A DNA stretch of 64,000 nucleotides from Dipteris shenzhenensis (taxonomy: Eukaryota): the NCBI GenBank assembly GCA_047967505.1, contig CM106538.1. One strand, written 5' to 3'. Position numbers and translations under genes: made by a program. Below, in pieces: positions 12,291 to 25,472 of this stretch. Numbering within the stretch: position 1 is the stretch's first letter; each line of letters begins with the position of its first letter. Under the pieces are notes generated by a model that worked only from the letters and a program-made list of their open reading frames with translations, was not told where the DNA came from and ran no database searches.

Positions 12291-15200
12291 ATCATGTGAG
12301 TGGACTTGCACACATACAAGGCCCTGTCAGGACACCTATTCATCGCGGAATCTGACACAACCATTCGAACAACATCCCTGAAGTTGTTCCATCACTGTGA
12401 GAGGGAAGAGAATGAGAAAGAGTCTAATGGATTTTGGTATGCACCTCTTCCCAAGCTGGAATTTTCTCAGAATTGGATGCACATCCTGGCCAACATTGAT
12501 GTTCCAGAGAGAATAGGGTTCCAAATTACAACCCTCGAGCTCGAGAAAATGACCCTAGAGGCTCCCCTTAGAATGTTTAACATGGTCAAACCCCACGAGG
12601 TGAGCAAAGGGATAGTAAGGGTCAAATTAGACCTCCACTGGCTAGCATACGTTGGTGCCACTACTGCCCACCATGAGTTCTCTTCCAATTGGGGAGCCAA
12701 GGTGAGCAAGGTAACCTCCCTGGTTGGCTCTGTAAGTGCCATGAAAGACTCCCTTCAGAACTCTCGTTATCCAAAAGCTCAACTAAGGCCAAGAGGACCA
12801 CAGTTTCTAAAGAAATAGAAGAGGAAGGTGGATAAAAGGACAATCTATGACAGGTACCAACCCACTACAAGGCCTACATGATCGAGGATCACAAGATCTT
12901 ATACCAAAATGCTAAGAGATCTCGGGAAGATAGGTGCTCCCAAGGATATGATGGCCCACCAGCCGCGGTCAAGGAGACCCCCAATCTATATTCATCGCCG
13001 ATGACCTCTCCCCCAATGAGGAGAATGCTCTCATAGCTCTCCTATGAGAATACAAGGATTGTATGGCTTGGAAATACACCGATATGAAAGGGGTGCCCGT
13101 CACTGAAGTTGCATAGCACATGATACCCATGATGGATGATGCTAGGCCAATACGTCAACATCCCTACCCTATGAATCCCAAATACGCACTCATAGTGAGG
13201 GAGGAAATCCAAAAACTCATAGATGTGGGATTCACCTATGAGATCGAGCATACCGACTGGGTGTCACCCATCTTGATAGTCTTGAAGAAGAACGGAAAGA
13301 TTCGAGTATAGATAGAGTTGAAAAAAGTTAATGCTGCCACTAGGTGCGACCACTACCCCTTGCCATTCACGGAACATGTCCTGGAAAGGGTATCTAGAAA
13401 GGAAGCCTATAGCTTCCTAGATAGATTCTTGGATACAATCAAGTGTCCATCACTCTACAGGATCAACATAAAATAGCCTTTGCAACTGAATGGGGTGTGT
13501 ATGCAGCTAGAGTAATGATATTTGGGTTAACCAATGCACCTGCCACCTTCCAAAACGAATGATGATCACTGTATTAAAGTACTTAAGGGACTTTGTGGAA
13601 GTCTTCTTGGATGACATATGTGTGAGCTTGATGTGGGATGATCACCTGCAATACCTAAGGCTGTCCTGGAAAAGTGTTGGTTGTACCATATATCCCTAAA
13701 CTCCCTTAAGTGCCAATTTTGGGTTAAGCATAGCATAATTCTTGGCCACATAGTGTCCCGGAATGGTATCTCCATGGACCACAACAAAATCAAACTCATC
13801 TTGGAACTACCACCCCCCACAACACCAAGGGAGTACAGCGATTGACTGGCTACATGGGCTCCTATAGGAGGTTCATCTTATTCTACGTGAACATAGCCCA
13901 TCCATTATATAAATTGTTAGAACTTAGTATTATTTGATTGGACCAAGGAATGCCAAAAATCCTTCGAAAACTACACCAGTGTTGAGAGCACTAGACTAGA
14001 ATCTAATATTCCATGTTCATATAGATGCCTCCAATTTCGCTATCGGGTGTGTGTTAGCCCAACCAAGGGAGCATAACCTAAACTACCCGGTGTACTTTGC
14101 GAGTCAACACAACTAAATGAGGCCGAGGTCAACTACACAACAAAAAAGAGGGAGGGTCTGGTCTATGCAGTCAAGAAGTTCAGGCATTATTGGTTGGCCA
14201 ACAAGTTCGTCTTCTTTGTGGACCACCAAGTCATGCTATACTTGGTCAACAAGCCATGCATGATGGGATGCATCACTAGGTGGATGCCAATCCTCTTGGA
14301 GTTTGACTTCATAGTTGCTATATGTAAAGGGAAGACCCATGTCCTAGCTGACCACCTCTTGAGAATACCAAATGGCAAAGCCCCTACGAGAGTCAAAGAT
14401 GACCTCCCCGATGCTTCCCTCTTCCTCATTGACATCATACCTAAATGGGCCACCGAGATCGATCACTACTTGGCCAATGGCTTACTCCTAGGCCAAGCTC
14501 TCAAGAAGGATAGAGCCCGCAAACTCGTTAAGGACTTAGCACCATATCAGCTAGTTGTAGGCCAACTATACTGCATGGGCAAGGACAACATCATGTGTAG
14601 ATGTATGTACGAGCACAAATACATCGAGGTGCTTGAAAAAGCCCACTTTGGAATTGTGGGAGGGCATTTTTTCACTGATGTTACAGCACGTAAGGTGTTC
14701 CAGGCTGGTCTTTGGTGGCCAACTCTCTTTAGAAATGCAGCTGAATTTATCAAGTGGTGCGACCCCTACCAGTGTGTGCAAATCCCACATAAGGTGGACA
14801 TGATGCCCTTAGTCGAAATATTAACTGATCAGCTCTTTGAGAAATGGGGCATAGATTTTATTGGACCTATAAGGCCAGCGGCTAAAGGAATTGGGGCTAG
14901 ATACATTATCTTGGCCACACAGATTACATCACCAAGTGGGTAGAGGGGAGAGCCACCATGAAGGTAGATGCTAGATCCACTCCTAAATTCTTATATGAGC
15001 AAGTTATCATGCGGTTCAGATGTCCTTTAGAGCTAGTCAGGGATCGAGGAACTCATTTCCTCAATGAAGCTATAGCAATCCTGACTAGCGAATTCACGAT
15101 TATACATAGGAAGTCAACGCGATACTATCCTAGGGTGAATGGCCTAGCTGAGAGCTCGAATAAAACTTGTTGTAAGATCATAACTTGCACAGTAGAGGAT

Positions 15201-15879
15201 AGTCGTACTGACTGGGAGCATAAGCTCATCGCAACCCTATGGGCCTACAAAAAATCCTACAAGGTGGCCACGAACTGCACCCCCTTCAACCTAGCCTTTG
15301 GAGTGGATGTGGTGATGCCAATGGAAATTTGTAGTGCCTAGCCTTCGACTTATTGTCAAAGAAAGTCTCACTGAAAATGCCTTCGCAAAATGCTTTATTG
15401 ACCTTGAAAAGCTAGATGAGACAAGGTTGTATGCAACCATGTGGAGAGGGCCTAATGCAAAAAGTGGTTCAACTGCAACCTCAAGAACAAAGGCCTTGTA
15501 GAGGGTGGTCTTGCACTCCTCTACAGCATCTGCAATACCGAGTGCAAGCTCAAGTACCAAGACATGGGTCCCTACCCTGTTGTAGAGATCACTCCACAAG
15601 GAGCGTGCCAAATAGGCACCCTTGATGGAGTAGAAATGGAAGGCTACCTTAACAGGAGCAAATTGAAGAGATATTACAGACCACTCACCCTACCTACCCT
15701 TCAAGCCATCCATAGAGAAAAATAACTCAAGGCTGAGGTAGCCCAGATGAAACGCCAGGTGATCAAAGAAGCCAGGGCACATAACGCCAAGCTTAGATAG
15801 CGTAAGCAAATGGCATTGCTTAAGGCAAGGCTTGAACACCCAGGATTGATGGATGAACTAAAGGTAGAACCAACTAGGT

Positions 15880-16200
15880 TGCATGTTCACTTATAGAGTC
15901 CGAGCTTGCGCATTCGAGCACTCGTGGATGCGGGAGCGAGCTACAACTTCATCTCCCACAAGGTATGGGAAAAGCTACAAGTACCCCTAAACCTCACCGT
16001 CACTTCGATACACTCTATCAATGGCCAACTTTTAAGTACCTTGGGTTTTCTGGACTTGAGTCTAATGGTTGTTCACTAGGAAATAGAAATCCGCTTTTAT
16101 GTTCTCCCCATAGAAACAACTGACGAACATATCATATTGGGAAGGACCTGGTGTTATGCCGTGAACCATCAAATCAACTAGAGGGCCAGAATAGCTTCCC
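15880..16200 (+). pseudogene. Second retropepsin-like protease domain, in frame after integrase (element B)
   Basis: From 15906: LRIRALVDAGASYNFISHKVWEKL...IRFYVL...EHIILGRTWCYAVNHQIN*R. Same frame as the integrase end (LNRSKLKRYY, 15660); only point stop codons intervene. Confidence 0.8.
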
Positions 16201-17274
16201 TCATGAATGGTGGTAGAGCTGTGGTAATTCCTCTTTGTGAACCATGCTCTGCTCCTTCTGTTGCACCCTCACCAACCCAAATCAAGGAAGTTCTATGGGA
16301 GAATGAATCTAAAGCTCCACAACCCGCCAAACACCGACCCTCTAAAGAAAGTCCGACCCCGAAGAGAGCATAGGACCAACTGCGGCGGCAACTAGGTGCA
16401 ATTGCCCATTACTCTGCCACTACTATCCCCCACTCAGGAAAGCCATGAATAGCAAGTACAAGACGCTATTCTCTACACTCAATGCTACTTCAACAGCAAC
16501 CGACAACCAAAAAAGATCCAAGTAGGCCATGGATCCCTAATCACTCTGAGGACGTCTCTGTTGAAGGCAACCCCAGAACATGATGCCATTCTCACCTCGA
16601 CTCCCAAGCCCTAATCCACCCCCTTAACTGCCGCAGCATCCGCCCAAGCGTTGGGTTGTGACCAAGATCTTGGAAGACCAAGATAGTTACAATGGCAAGC
16701 AAGTCATCTGGGTACCAAAGTTCAAGTCCCAAACTACTCCAAGGGTTCCGAAGGTAGAAACACAAGAACCTGTGTCAACCTTGGATGTAGTACCACAAGA
16801 ACCTACCATCAGACCAGCTGCAACAACCAAGCCCTAGAGTCTCAAACTGCCCTTGTACCAAGAATTGTACAACTCAACACGAGAATCACCTAGGACAACA
16901 CAAGAACCGACCCCTATAATGAGGGGAGTTACATAAGAACCTTCCTCCAAATCCGAAGGAGAACCATCAAAGATTGTTTTGATCATACCATCACCGATGG
17001 CGCCGCCGCTCGACTCGCAAGAGCAACTGTCTACGTTGAGGGCAATCACACAAGAACTCACTTATCTTGCGACCAAGGGTCATCTCGCAAGGAATCATCA
17101 CCATGCTAGTGTACCTCTGGCATCCAGGGTGAGACACAAGCTAGACACATGCTCTACATGGCTGTTAAGACATGATGCGGCAACATGACATTCATCAACA
17201 CTGCATTCCACATGATCATCGAGTCCAAGTCTAGGTGAGTTTGTATGGTAGGCATATTACCCCAATGCACCCGC

Positions 17275-17900
17275 AGCCCACAAGTCACTTCCTTGCACAT
17301 ACACCCACATGTATGCATGGTCAGCACTAGGTGAGTAGGGCTAGTACATCCCTTTTGCATTTTTTGTATTCTTGCACACTAACCTCATAGTCCTCCCCAC
17401 GCTTCACTTGTACACCTCACATACACAACCACTAACCCTTTCCCCTCTCTTTCTCTCCTTTCCACCTTTCCCCTTCTTCATCACCTTGCTTTACTTTCCT
17501 CAGATAGCTATCATATCAACCATTGCCATCCCAATATCATGCCGACCGTTGCCATCCCAATATCCCACCGACCGTCGCCATCTCAATTTTCTGTAGCCCA
17601 CAAATCACTTCCTTGCACATACACCCACATGTATGCATAGTCAGCACTAGGTGAGTAGGGCTAGTATGTCCCTTTTGCATTTTTTCTATTCTTGCACACT
17701 AACCTCATAGTCCTCCCCACACCTCACCTATACACCTCACATACACAACCATGAACCCTTTCCCCTCTCTTTCTCTCCTTCCCACCTTTCCCCTTCTTCA
17801 TCACCTTGCTTTACTTCCCTCAGATAGCTATCATGCCGACTGTCACCATCCCAATATCCCATCGACCATCGCCATCCCAGTATCCCACTGACCGTCACCA
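17275..17900. repeat. 320-bp tandem duplication merging into CCATCCC..CCGACCGTC short-repeat array
   Basis: AGCCCACAA.TCACTTCCTTGCAC... at 17275 and 17595. The array of ccatccca.tatcc...gaccgtc units extends to ~18050. Confidence 0.9.
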
Positions 17901-18065
17901 TCCCAATATCTTGTCGGTCATCACCTTTTCACTATCCCTCTAATCATCACCATCCCACTATCCCATTGACTGTCATCATCCTAATATCTTGCCGATCATT
18001 GCCATCCCAGTATCCTACTGACCGTCGCCTTAGGCCATTCCCCCGACCATGGGGATAGCAAATTC

Positions 18066-18073
18066 TATATAAA
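18066..18073 (+). promoter_or_regulatory. TATA box (TATATAAA) upstream of the extra ORF
   Basis: CTATATAAAGG ~120 bp upstream of ATG 18191, directly after the repeat array. Confidence 0.55.
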
Positions 18074-18190
18074 GGAGTCCTATCCCCCTCGGGTCATCGC
18101 CATAGCATTTACCCCTAAACTCTGTCAAAATTCTGTTAGAAATTTCTCAGCCCCCAGCCCTCTTCCACATAGCAATCTAGCACTCAGTAC

Positions 18191-21100
18191 ATGTCCTCAA
18201 GCTCCTCCTCTTTCACCGATTCCCTCATCACTCAATTGCCCTCCTTTTTCCCAATGGATCCAGAGAAGGAATTTTTTTAGTTTGAGCTAGAGCTTGGCCT
18301 CCACCCCCAACCCCCTATCCCGCAAGCCACTAGTCCCTCTGAGTCACAAAGCATGCCCTTGGCCACGATCCCCATATGCCCTTCGACTTCCTTGCTGAAG
18401 ATTTACAAGCAGAGAAAGAGATCTCTATGCAACAGGTCACCCAAGAGGTACTGACAACAATAGGCATGCCCCCCTCAAGGACATCAAGAAAGTGCACCCC
18501 GGCCCCCACACAAGGGGAGTACAAAGTTGTGCACTCACAAACACACTAGCCGCTTGGAGAGGCATGGCTCCAACAACTCGATGCATGTGCTAGCAACTCC
18601 CATTATGCATACAAGGGTCACGACTACACCCTCCACTACCACACCGCAATGGCGTATCAAGAACTAAAGGAGCCGATAGTTTAGCATGCACTCGTAGTGA
18701 CAAGATTGGGATCCGTGGCAAATTGCCTTCCTTGTCACTTGGATATGAGGCTCTTGGGAGAGTTCCTCCAGGCCTATAACTCCAACACAAATGTGGGCAC
18801 TCTTGGAGACACTCCCCACTTCTACCACCTCAACATGGACATGGTGCAAGCTGCCTTAGGCCTGCCGATCATCGGCAACAAGTACTTAGTGATGAAGAAG
18901 AAGATGCCCAAGGCCCTCAGCACAATCTACCAGTACGACCACAAAAAGAGCAAGGGGTGCATCCATTTCTTAGAGATTATCATGCCAAAAATGGAAAAGC
19001 CAGCATGGGCCCTCGAATGGTTGACACAAGTTAATCACAAGAATACCATTAGTCAGTCGTGCCAAACATCTTGTTGAGGCTGGCAAAACCACAAGTCGTG
19101 AACTGGGCTGATTACTTCTATAATTAGATGCGGGAGGACCTCAAAACACATGGAGAAGTCATCAGCAACCCAATGATCTACATGCCAATCCTCTATCATA
19201 TGCAGTAGCAGCATCCACCTATTGGCTATGGGTTGGCCAACAAGTTAGCCACACAAGATCGGTACCAATAGATCAGAAGAAGCCAAGCGAGCAAAAATAG
19301 AGCCCAATGCCACTCTGGCCAGTCGTCCCATGCAACTTGACCCAAGTCAGTTGCTCGCATAGTATGAGGATCACCAGCTCTGCAGGCATTCCTATGTAGT
19401 TAGTTACACCTCGAGCAATCAGATCCTCAAGACAAAGGCAAAAGTGTACACAGAAGGAGCCCATCATGGTGGATGTCCTCCCAGGTGACGAGACAGTCAT
19501 CATTGGCCTCTAACTAGGAGCTCAAGCTATCCCATCAACCCCCGATGCACCCCAGGTCTTGGCCTCAGCCACGTCCCATTCTCAGGAGACCACCTCCTTC
19601 ATCACCGGCTCCTCTTCTTCTCCATGGGCAAGCCTTACAAAGACCATACAGTTTTGCAGCGTGCCTGATTATTGGGCACCAAGTGGTTACAACCACATGA
19701 TAGTAGAGCAGCTCTCCCGTGCTGACCAAATGGAGAAGAATTTATTTGAGGAAATGGCACAACTGCCATAATTGGCACAATCAATTCTGCAAAGGTGGCA
19801 AGAATAGGCCTTGCAACTCTCTGTGACTCTCCTCCAGGCATACCTCACTGCGCGTGATAGCCACACCCTAATGGTCGCCGCTCAAGCCACAAGGCAACTG
19901 ACCCTAGATCAAGCGGAGAAGTGCTGCACAAAAGATGAGGAGCTAGAGATGTCACTCACAAAAGCTGAGGAGCTAGAGTTGTCAATCACGAAGCTCAAGG
20001 AGGCTACGAATGCTAAATCTAGACATTGCAAGATCTCTTGGCATAGGAATGAGCACTGACCGTGTCCATGCAGAAATAGAACAAGTGGCTACGTATCCCT
20101 GACCACCCAAAAGACTCAGGGTTGAAGACCATCAGTAGTAGGAATTTCAAATGTACAAGGAGGTCTCTGCACAATTAGCCACCTACACACTCACCCCACG
20201 CACTATCCTCCAAACACTCCAAATGCACTTCAATGCACTCTGCACACAAAATCTCATTTTCCACCTCGACCTCACTGCCCCACTCCCTCCTAATGCCCTC
20301 CAAACCATCCTCCACCGTAATCTCGACCATTGCCACCCCATTCTCGCCATGTCTTATTTCTCCTTATACCTTCAACCATCTAGCCTCTCTCTCCTTCTCC
20401 CCTCTGACCTCCAAACTCTCACTGCCCATCCAATTTTGCCTAATTTCCAAGCATGGTGCTACATCATCCACAAAGTCCACAAATTATCCTATGGACGATG
20501 ATGTGATGCAATTAGCAAAGCCCAAGGAGCTCAACCCATGGGCCTGCACTCCAGATAGTCTACAAGCTTGCATTAATTGGATGCAAACCTACGATCGAGC
20601 CTCCACAATACAAATGCAAGGGCATCTTGTGGCTTACCAATCCACCGCCTACCATCCCCTCAGCATAATAATCCTCTATAGCCAAGTGCTACAAGCTCTC
20701 CAAGACTCATTGAGTCCTTGGTGAGCAATTTTGAAACAATCCATGTAGCATATCTCGAGGAAGTTGTTGAGGAAAAAGGCCAAGAAGCCATTATAGTATT
20801 TAATTCTTTCGGCCCCCTGCTGAGCTTCCACAACCACCTCCCCTAGATCCTGCCTAGCCCACCCAACAAGCCACCTAACCCCTTCCTCACACAAATATGC
20901 CTAAATACTCTTCCAATGCCTCTAACACCACCACCACACAGCATAGGTCCCCCTTGTCCATCTCATTTACCACTCCGGTTGACCTTCTAGAAGAGGCCCT
21001 CAATACGCTACTTAAGTAAGCCAATTTTGTATCCACCGATACAGTGCCCACAAAGATAGCAAAGAAGGAGCCAATGCCGATTGAAGATGATGAGGTTCCT

Positions 21101-21470
21101 CAAACTCCTCCCTCCTCCTCACCTAGAGATGTACATTGGATACCCGACCTATAGTCATTCTAAGAACTGCCGAATAGTGGCCTCATGCACCATTGGAAGT
21201 AGTAGCTTGAATGCTCCCACCTCCACCTCTACAGAATCCTAGAGATGCACCCCCTCATGCAATTCATCACCCAGTTCTTCAATGACTGGTGGCGCGCACA
21301 TCCAAAGCACACAAGAGCAGGTTACCATCTTGCCCTCGATGCTCCGCTTCCATTGATCGATGTTGAAGCCGGTCATAGGTTCAAGCCACAAATTGCCACA
21401 AATACATCAAGTGGTTATTTGCCTCACGGGGGTCAAGCCACAAGTAGCTCAAGATCAGCCTCGCTACTCT
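18191..21470 (+). pseudogene. Extra 3' ORF of element B (plant-transposon/PMD-like domain + coiled coil), degenerate
   Basis: Stitched frames give LLGEFLQAYN...LNMDMVQAALGLPIIG and VVNWADYFYN*MREDL, then a heptad-like segment (ELEMSLTKAEELELSITKLKE) and a C-terminal region. Resembles accessory ORFs of Athila/Tat-type elements. Confidence 0.6.
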
Positions 21471-21879
21471 AGGTTTTGAGCCTCAAATGGCTCAGGACTC
21501 GAGGCTAACAAAAGCACTATTTAGGCGATGGCAAATGAAAGATACAAGAGCTTGCTATGCACAAAATCTTAAAGCTGTTGCAAGGCCATCAAATCATAAA
21601 TCCCAAAAACCATATAGAAAGAAGTTGGAAACTCGCTTTGAAAATGTGGATACAACCTTCTTTCTTGCATGGCTGACAATAAATAGGTAAGACAAAACCT
21701 ATGCCTGCAAGGTGTGATATAGAATACAGTAAATACATCAAAAACTACTTGACAAAATAGACATAAAAGTGTGTCTCGCTACCTTCAGGAAGCGATTGCA
21801 TACGTCACAATTGATTTGCAAGGTAGTGGCATACTGTATTCTCTATATCATGTTATTGTGCCCATTGGAATGTGGATTT

Positions 21880-22170
21880 GTGTTCTATGCACTCTTATTT
21901 TAACCACGTGTGCCCCTTAGAATGTGGCACTAGGTTCCATGCACTCTTATTTTAACCATGTGTTCAATTAAGCTCACTGACTATGTGTTCAATTAAGCTT
22001 GCTAACTATGAATGGAGAGTCATGTTATTTTAACCACATGGCTTTTGTGTTCCATGCACTCTTATTTTTACCACGTGTTCAATTAAGCTTTTGCTGACTA
22101 TGCATGAAGATCCATGAACAAATTCCACATGTGAACACATGTTCAATTAAGCTTGCTAACTATGCATGGA
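21880..22170. repeat. Degenerate array of TTCCATGCACTCTTATTTTAACCACGTG and TGTTCAATTAAGCT..CTAACTATG units
   Basis: Each motif recurs about four times. Confidence 0.75.
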
Positions 22171-24774
22171 GAGTTGAAATCAAATTTTGCATGCCACTTC
22201 ATCTATCATAGTGTTCTTCTACTACTAAATCTCTTCAAATTGTTCTTTGTTTTCATTTCACAAAGCCTCTATAACAATGGCTCCTCCATTGTCTCTCATG
22301 CTTCCACCAATGCATCAGAGAGCATCCCTTATGTTCTCATGACATCTATGCGTGGCCTTACATGTTTTGCTGTTTGAAGAGAAATCTATGGGGAGCCCTT
22401 TCACAAAGTGCCAAAATAACATCTTTGATATAGAGGGACATATGTGTCATGATGTCCTTTCCAATACATATTTATGTAAATATAGTGTGCTTGACACTTG
22501 TGCTTGGATTTCCAAGTGCATGTAGTGATGCGACTAATCTTTCATCGGCCATGTCGCTCAAACAATTGAGCTGGATGCCAAGAGGCTTTTCTTTCTTTGG
22601 CTTCCCTCATATTCAAAATGATTTACCTTTGCCTCTACATCTATTGGTTAGATGGTCAACACGTCCTCCTTGGACATCCATATTTTGATGTCCTTCCATT
22701 GCAAGCCCTTGGATCAGTCCACTGTGAGGTGCATTGGATTATGTCTAGCAAGCATTGAAGGGGTTGTATTGGCAATAATTTGCATCTACTCATAATGTTC
22801 ATGGATTGCACAGGCACACTTCTCTTAGTCATGCTCATCCTTTTATATCAAAGTTCTCTTTCCTACTCTTCTAGCTCTATCATCATGAGGTGGCTTATCT
22901 CTTGACATCTTAAATGGTGCTATATGAAGGTCTAAGGAAGGGACAAGTGCAAACAAGGTAATTTGCACACATCAAGTATAGTTGATAATCATAATAGAGT
23001 TTTTTTAAATGTGCCTATATCTCATGAGCTTTTCTCTTTTTTCATTCATGTGCAATAACAATTCATGCTATCTTAGTTATGAGAATATCAACTGTTCTAA
23101 ATGCCAATACTCAAGAAAACACTCATGGTCACTTGAGGTTAGTAGCCTTCCTTGGTCAAACGTGTCTCTCTTCATCAAATGCTCATCTCAACCTTGCATA
23201 TCTTTCCTCCTCAACCTAGGTGCACCTCTCACTACCAAGTGCTCCCCTAGACTTGGGATATCTTGGCTCCCATCTTACATACCACTCTTGGTTGGAATCT
23301 TTTCATGATTTGGAATGTTACAATACTGGTTCCATCGGATTTGCACTTGTGGCACTAGGCCTTACCCTTTTCTAAATAATTATTCCTATCCTTGTTTACA
23401 AAAAATAGGTATCAATTTGCAAATGAATAATCCAAAAATGTGTAAGAAGCAAGAAGCAATAGTAATAAATGTGTTACATATGAAAAGGCAAGCTGTGGTG
23501 ACTTGCCTCTAATCTCAAATGATAGGTGGTACAATTCCTCTTAAATTCTTGTCATAGGGAAGTTCACAACATGAACTAGATCTGAGTACATTGACACAAT
23601 AACCATACATTAAGGGGTAGCTTTTGGACCATCAATCTAAACAATATGCATTTTCTATGAGTCTCATTATCTAAGTGCTTGAGTTTACAACTATACCTTG
23701 GGTGATACATTTATTTGCTAATTCACCATGAGAGAATGAATGGGAATGCAACACAAGATTTAAACACATGCTAAAGTTGTTTTGGAGGAATTAATTAAAA
23801 CTAATCCAACTCATGTGCACTAAAGAGCTAGACAATTGTAGTTGTCTAGGCAAGCAATGTGTAAAGTATATGATGCACTTGAGCTAGCTCATGCTATATT
23901 TGTTTTGGGGGAATTAAGTACGATGAATCCAATCCATGTGCACTAAAAGAGCCAGGTGTCTAAGAAAGTGCAACGTGCAAAGTATGTGATGCACTTGAGC
24001 TAGCTCATGCAAATGACCACTATGATACCATGGAAACATCAAGAATGAATCAAGTTGCTTCTTGCATGTTAGTGTAGCAATTTATTTTGCATTTATGTGC
24101 TTACTTGGAAAAACCATGTGTTTCAATGTGAATTCCACATGGGATATCATCCACTCTTTGTATGTTTCACTGAACTTGAACCACAGGAAGTTATTTGGCC
24201 TTTAAAATATTAGTTTCAGCACAGCATATGGAAAGTGGAAATAAAAAGAAAATGGAAATATAGGGCTGCACTTATTGGAACAAACAAGGTGATTATGTTG
24301 ATGGGAGTTTGGGAAGGAAACCTCTTCAGATGAAATTGCCTAAGAGTTTCCTTGAATCCTTGTCCTTGGTAGGTGCAATGCTTTTTACACTTTGTTGTCT
24401 CTATTTTACCCAAATGGAGGTTCCGAGTGTGTTGGTCACCTACAATCATGTCGTTGCTCATTGTAGCATAGGTGTTCACAAGTGTAGCATAGGTCCTCGG
24501 GTCGTGTTCCAGTGAGAGGTGTAGGCTAAAGCATGGAAAGTAGATCTCATGCGTGCATGAATGAGAAAGAGGGCTTGATTATAATGATTGATGGAGACTC
24601 TTGCCCGCATAGTAGTTCAAGGGTTTAGAAGGGGATTTCAAGGTTAGAAAGGGGGACAGGGTTGAGAGAGTTAACTAGAAGTTCCACGGTTCAGAGGGGG
24701 TTGCAAGGTTTAGGAGGAAGCCAAGGTTGAGGAGTGGAGAGCTAGTCTCCTTCGCGGATTCGAGGGGTAAGGGT

Positions 24775-25075
24775 TGAGGAGGAAGGAGGGAGGAGGAGGA
24801 GGAGGGAGGAGGAGGGAGGAGGAGGAGAAGGGAGGAGGAGGAGGAGGGAGGAGAAGGGAGCGAGGAAGGAGGAGGAGGAGGAGGGAGGAGGAGGGAAGAG
24901 GAGGAGAACGGAGGAGGAGGAGGAAAAGGGAGGAAGGAAGAGGAAGGAGAAAGAGATGGGAGGAGAAGGAGGAAGGAGGAGGAGGAGGAGGGAGGAGGAG
25001 GAGATGGAGGAGAAGGATGAGGGAGGAGGAGGAGAAGGAGGGAGGAAGAGGGAGGAAGGAGGAGGAGGAGGGAGT
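24775..25075. repeat. (GGA)-rich, nearly pure polypurine tract
   Basis: About 300 bp of GGAGGA/GGGA/GAAG with only a few pyrimidines. Confidence 0.95.
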
Positions 25076-25311
25076 TCAAGGTTAGAGAGTGCAAGGGTAA
25101 GGGCATGCTAGAACACGATAGTGTAAGAGAGCATGGGCACAATTTAGATCAATCACATGAACACAATAGTGAGCTTGAACACTGAATCCCAAAGAGTGGG
25201 AGCTTCATTCCATTGAGAGATATTTATACATGTTGGTCTCTACACAATCTGTAGGTACCTCTGTGGTGGGACCTCTTTTGTAGGAGACCTTTTGGACAGG
25301 AGTCCCTCCAC

Positions 25312-25472
25312 TTTTGGGGACCTTTTGGGTCTCTACACAAAGTGGGGGGACCTTTTGGGTCTCTACACAAAGTGGAGGGACTTTTTGGGTCTCTACACAA
25401 ATTGGGGGGACCTTTTGGGGCTCTACACAAAGTGGAGGGATTTTTTGGGTCTCTACACAAAGTGGAGGGACC
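25312..25472. repeat. 30-bp tandem minisatellite x ~5
   Basis: CCTTTTGGGTCTCTACACAAAGTGG(G/A)GGGA repeated head to tail with no spacers. Confidence 0.95.

Larger units (their letters stand above)
8996..21470 (+). mobile_element. Gypsy (Athila-like) element B: gag-PR-RT-RH-INT-PR2 plus extra ORF, degenerate
   Basis: Gag: KFLGEGDPISHV..FE, and CGICNGGNHPSNECP/CAHYHRWRNHDTSQC knuckles. PR: AILDGGVGVS, ILGRPFL. RT: WVSPILIVLKKNGKIRV. RH: HIDASNFAIG. INT: KWGIDFIGP, DRGTHF. No 3' LTR found. Confidence 0.92.

Noticed and set aside
18191-21470. Retroviral envelope gene
   Set aside because: No evident signal peptide or clear transmembrane segment; motifs fit a plant-transposon accessory domain better.
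24675-25142. Pro/Ser-rich and Gly/Arg/Glu-rich ORFs as host genes
   Set aside because: They arise from the stop-free GGA tract.
25312-25472. 30-bp repeats as a CRISPR array
   Set aside because: Head-to-tail units with no unique spacers, eukaryotic TE context and no cas genes.
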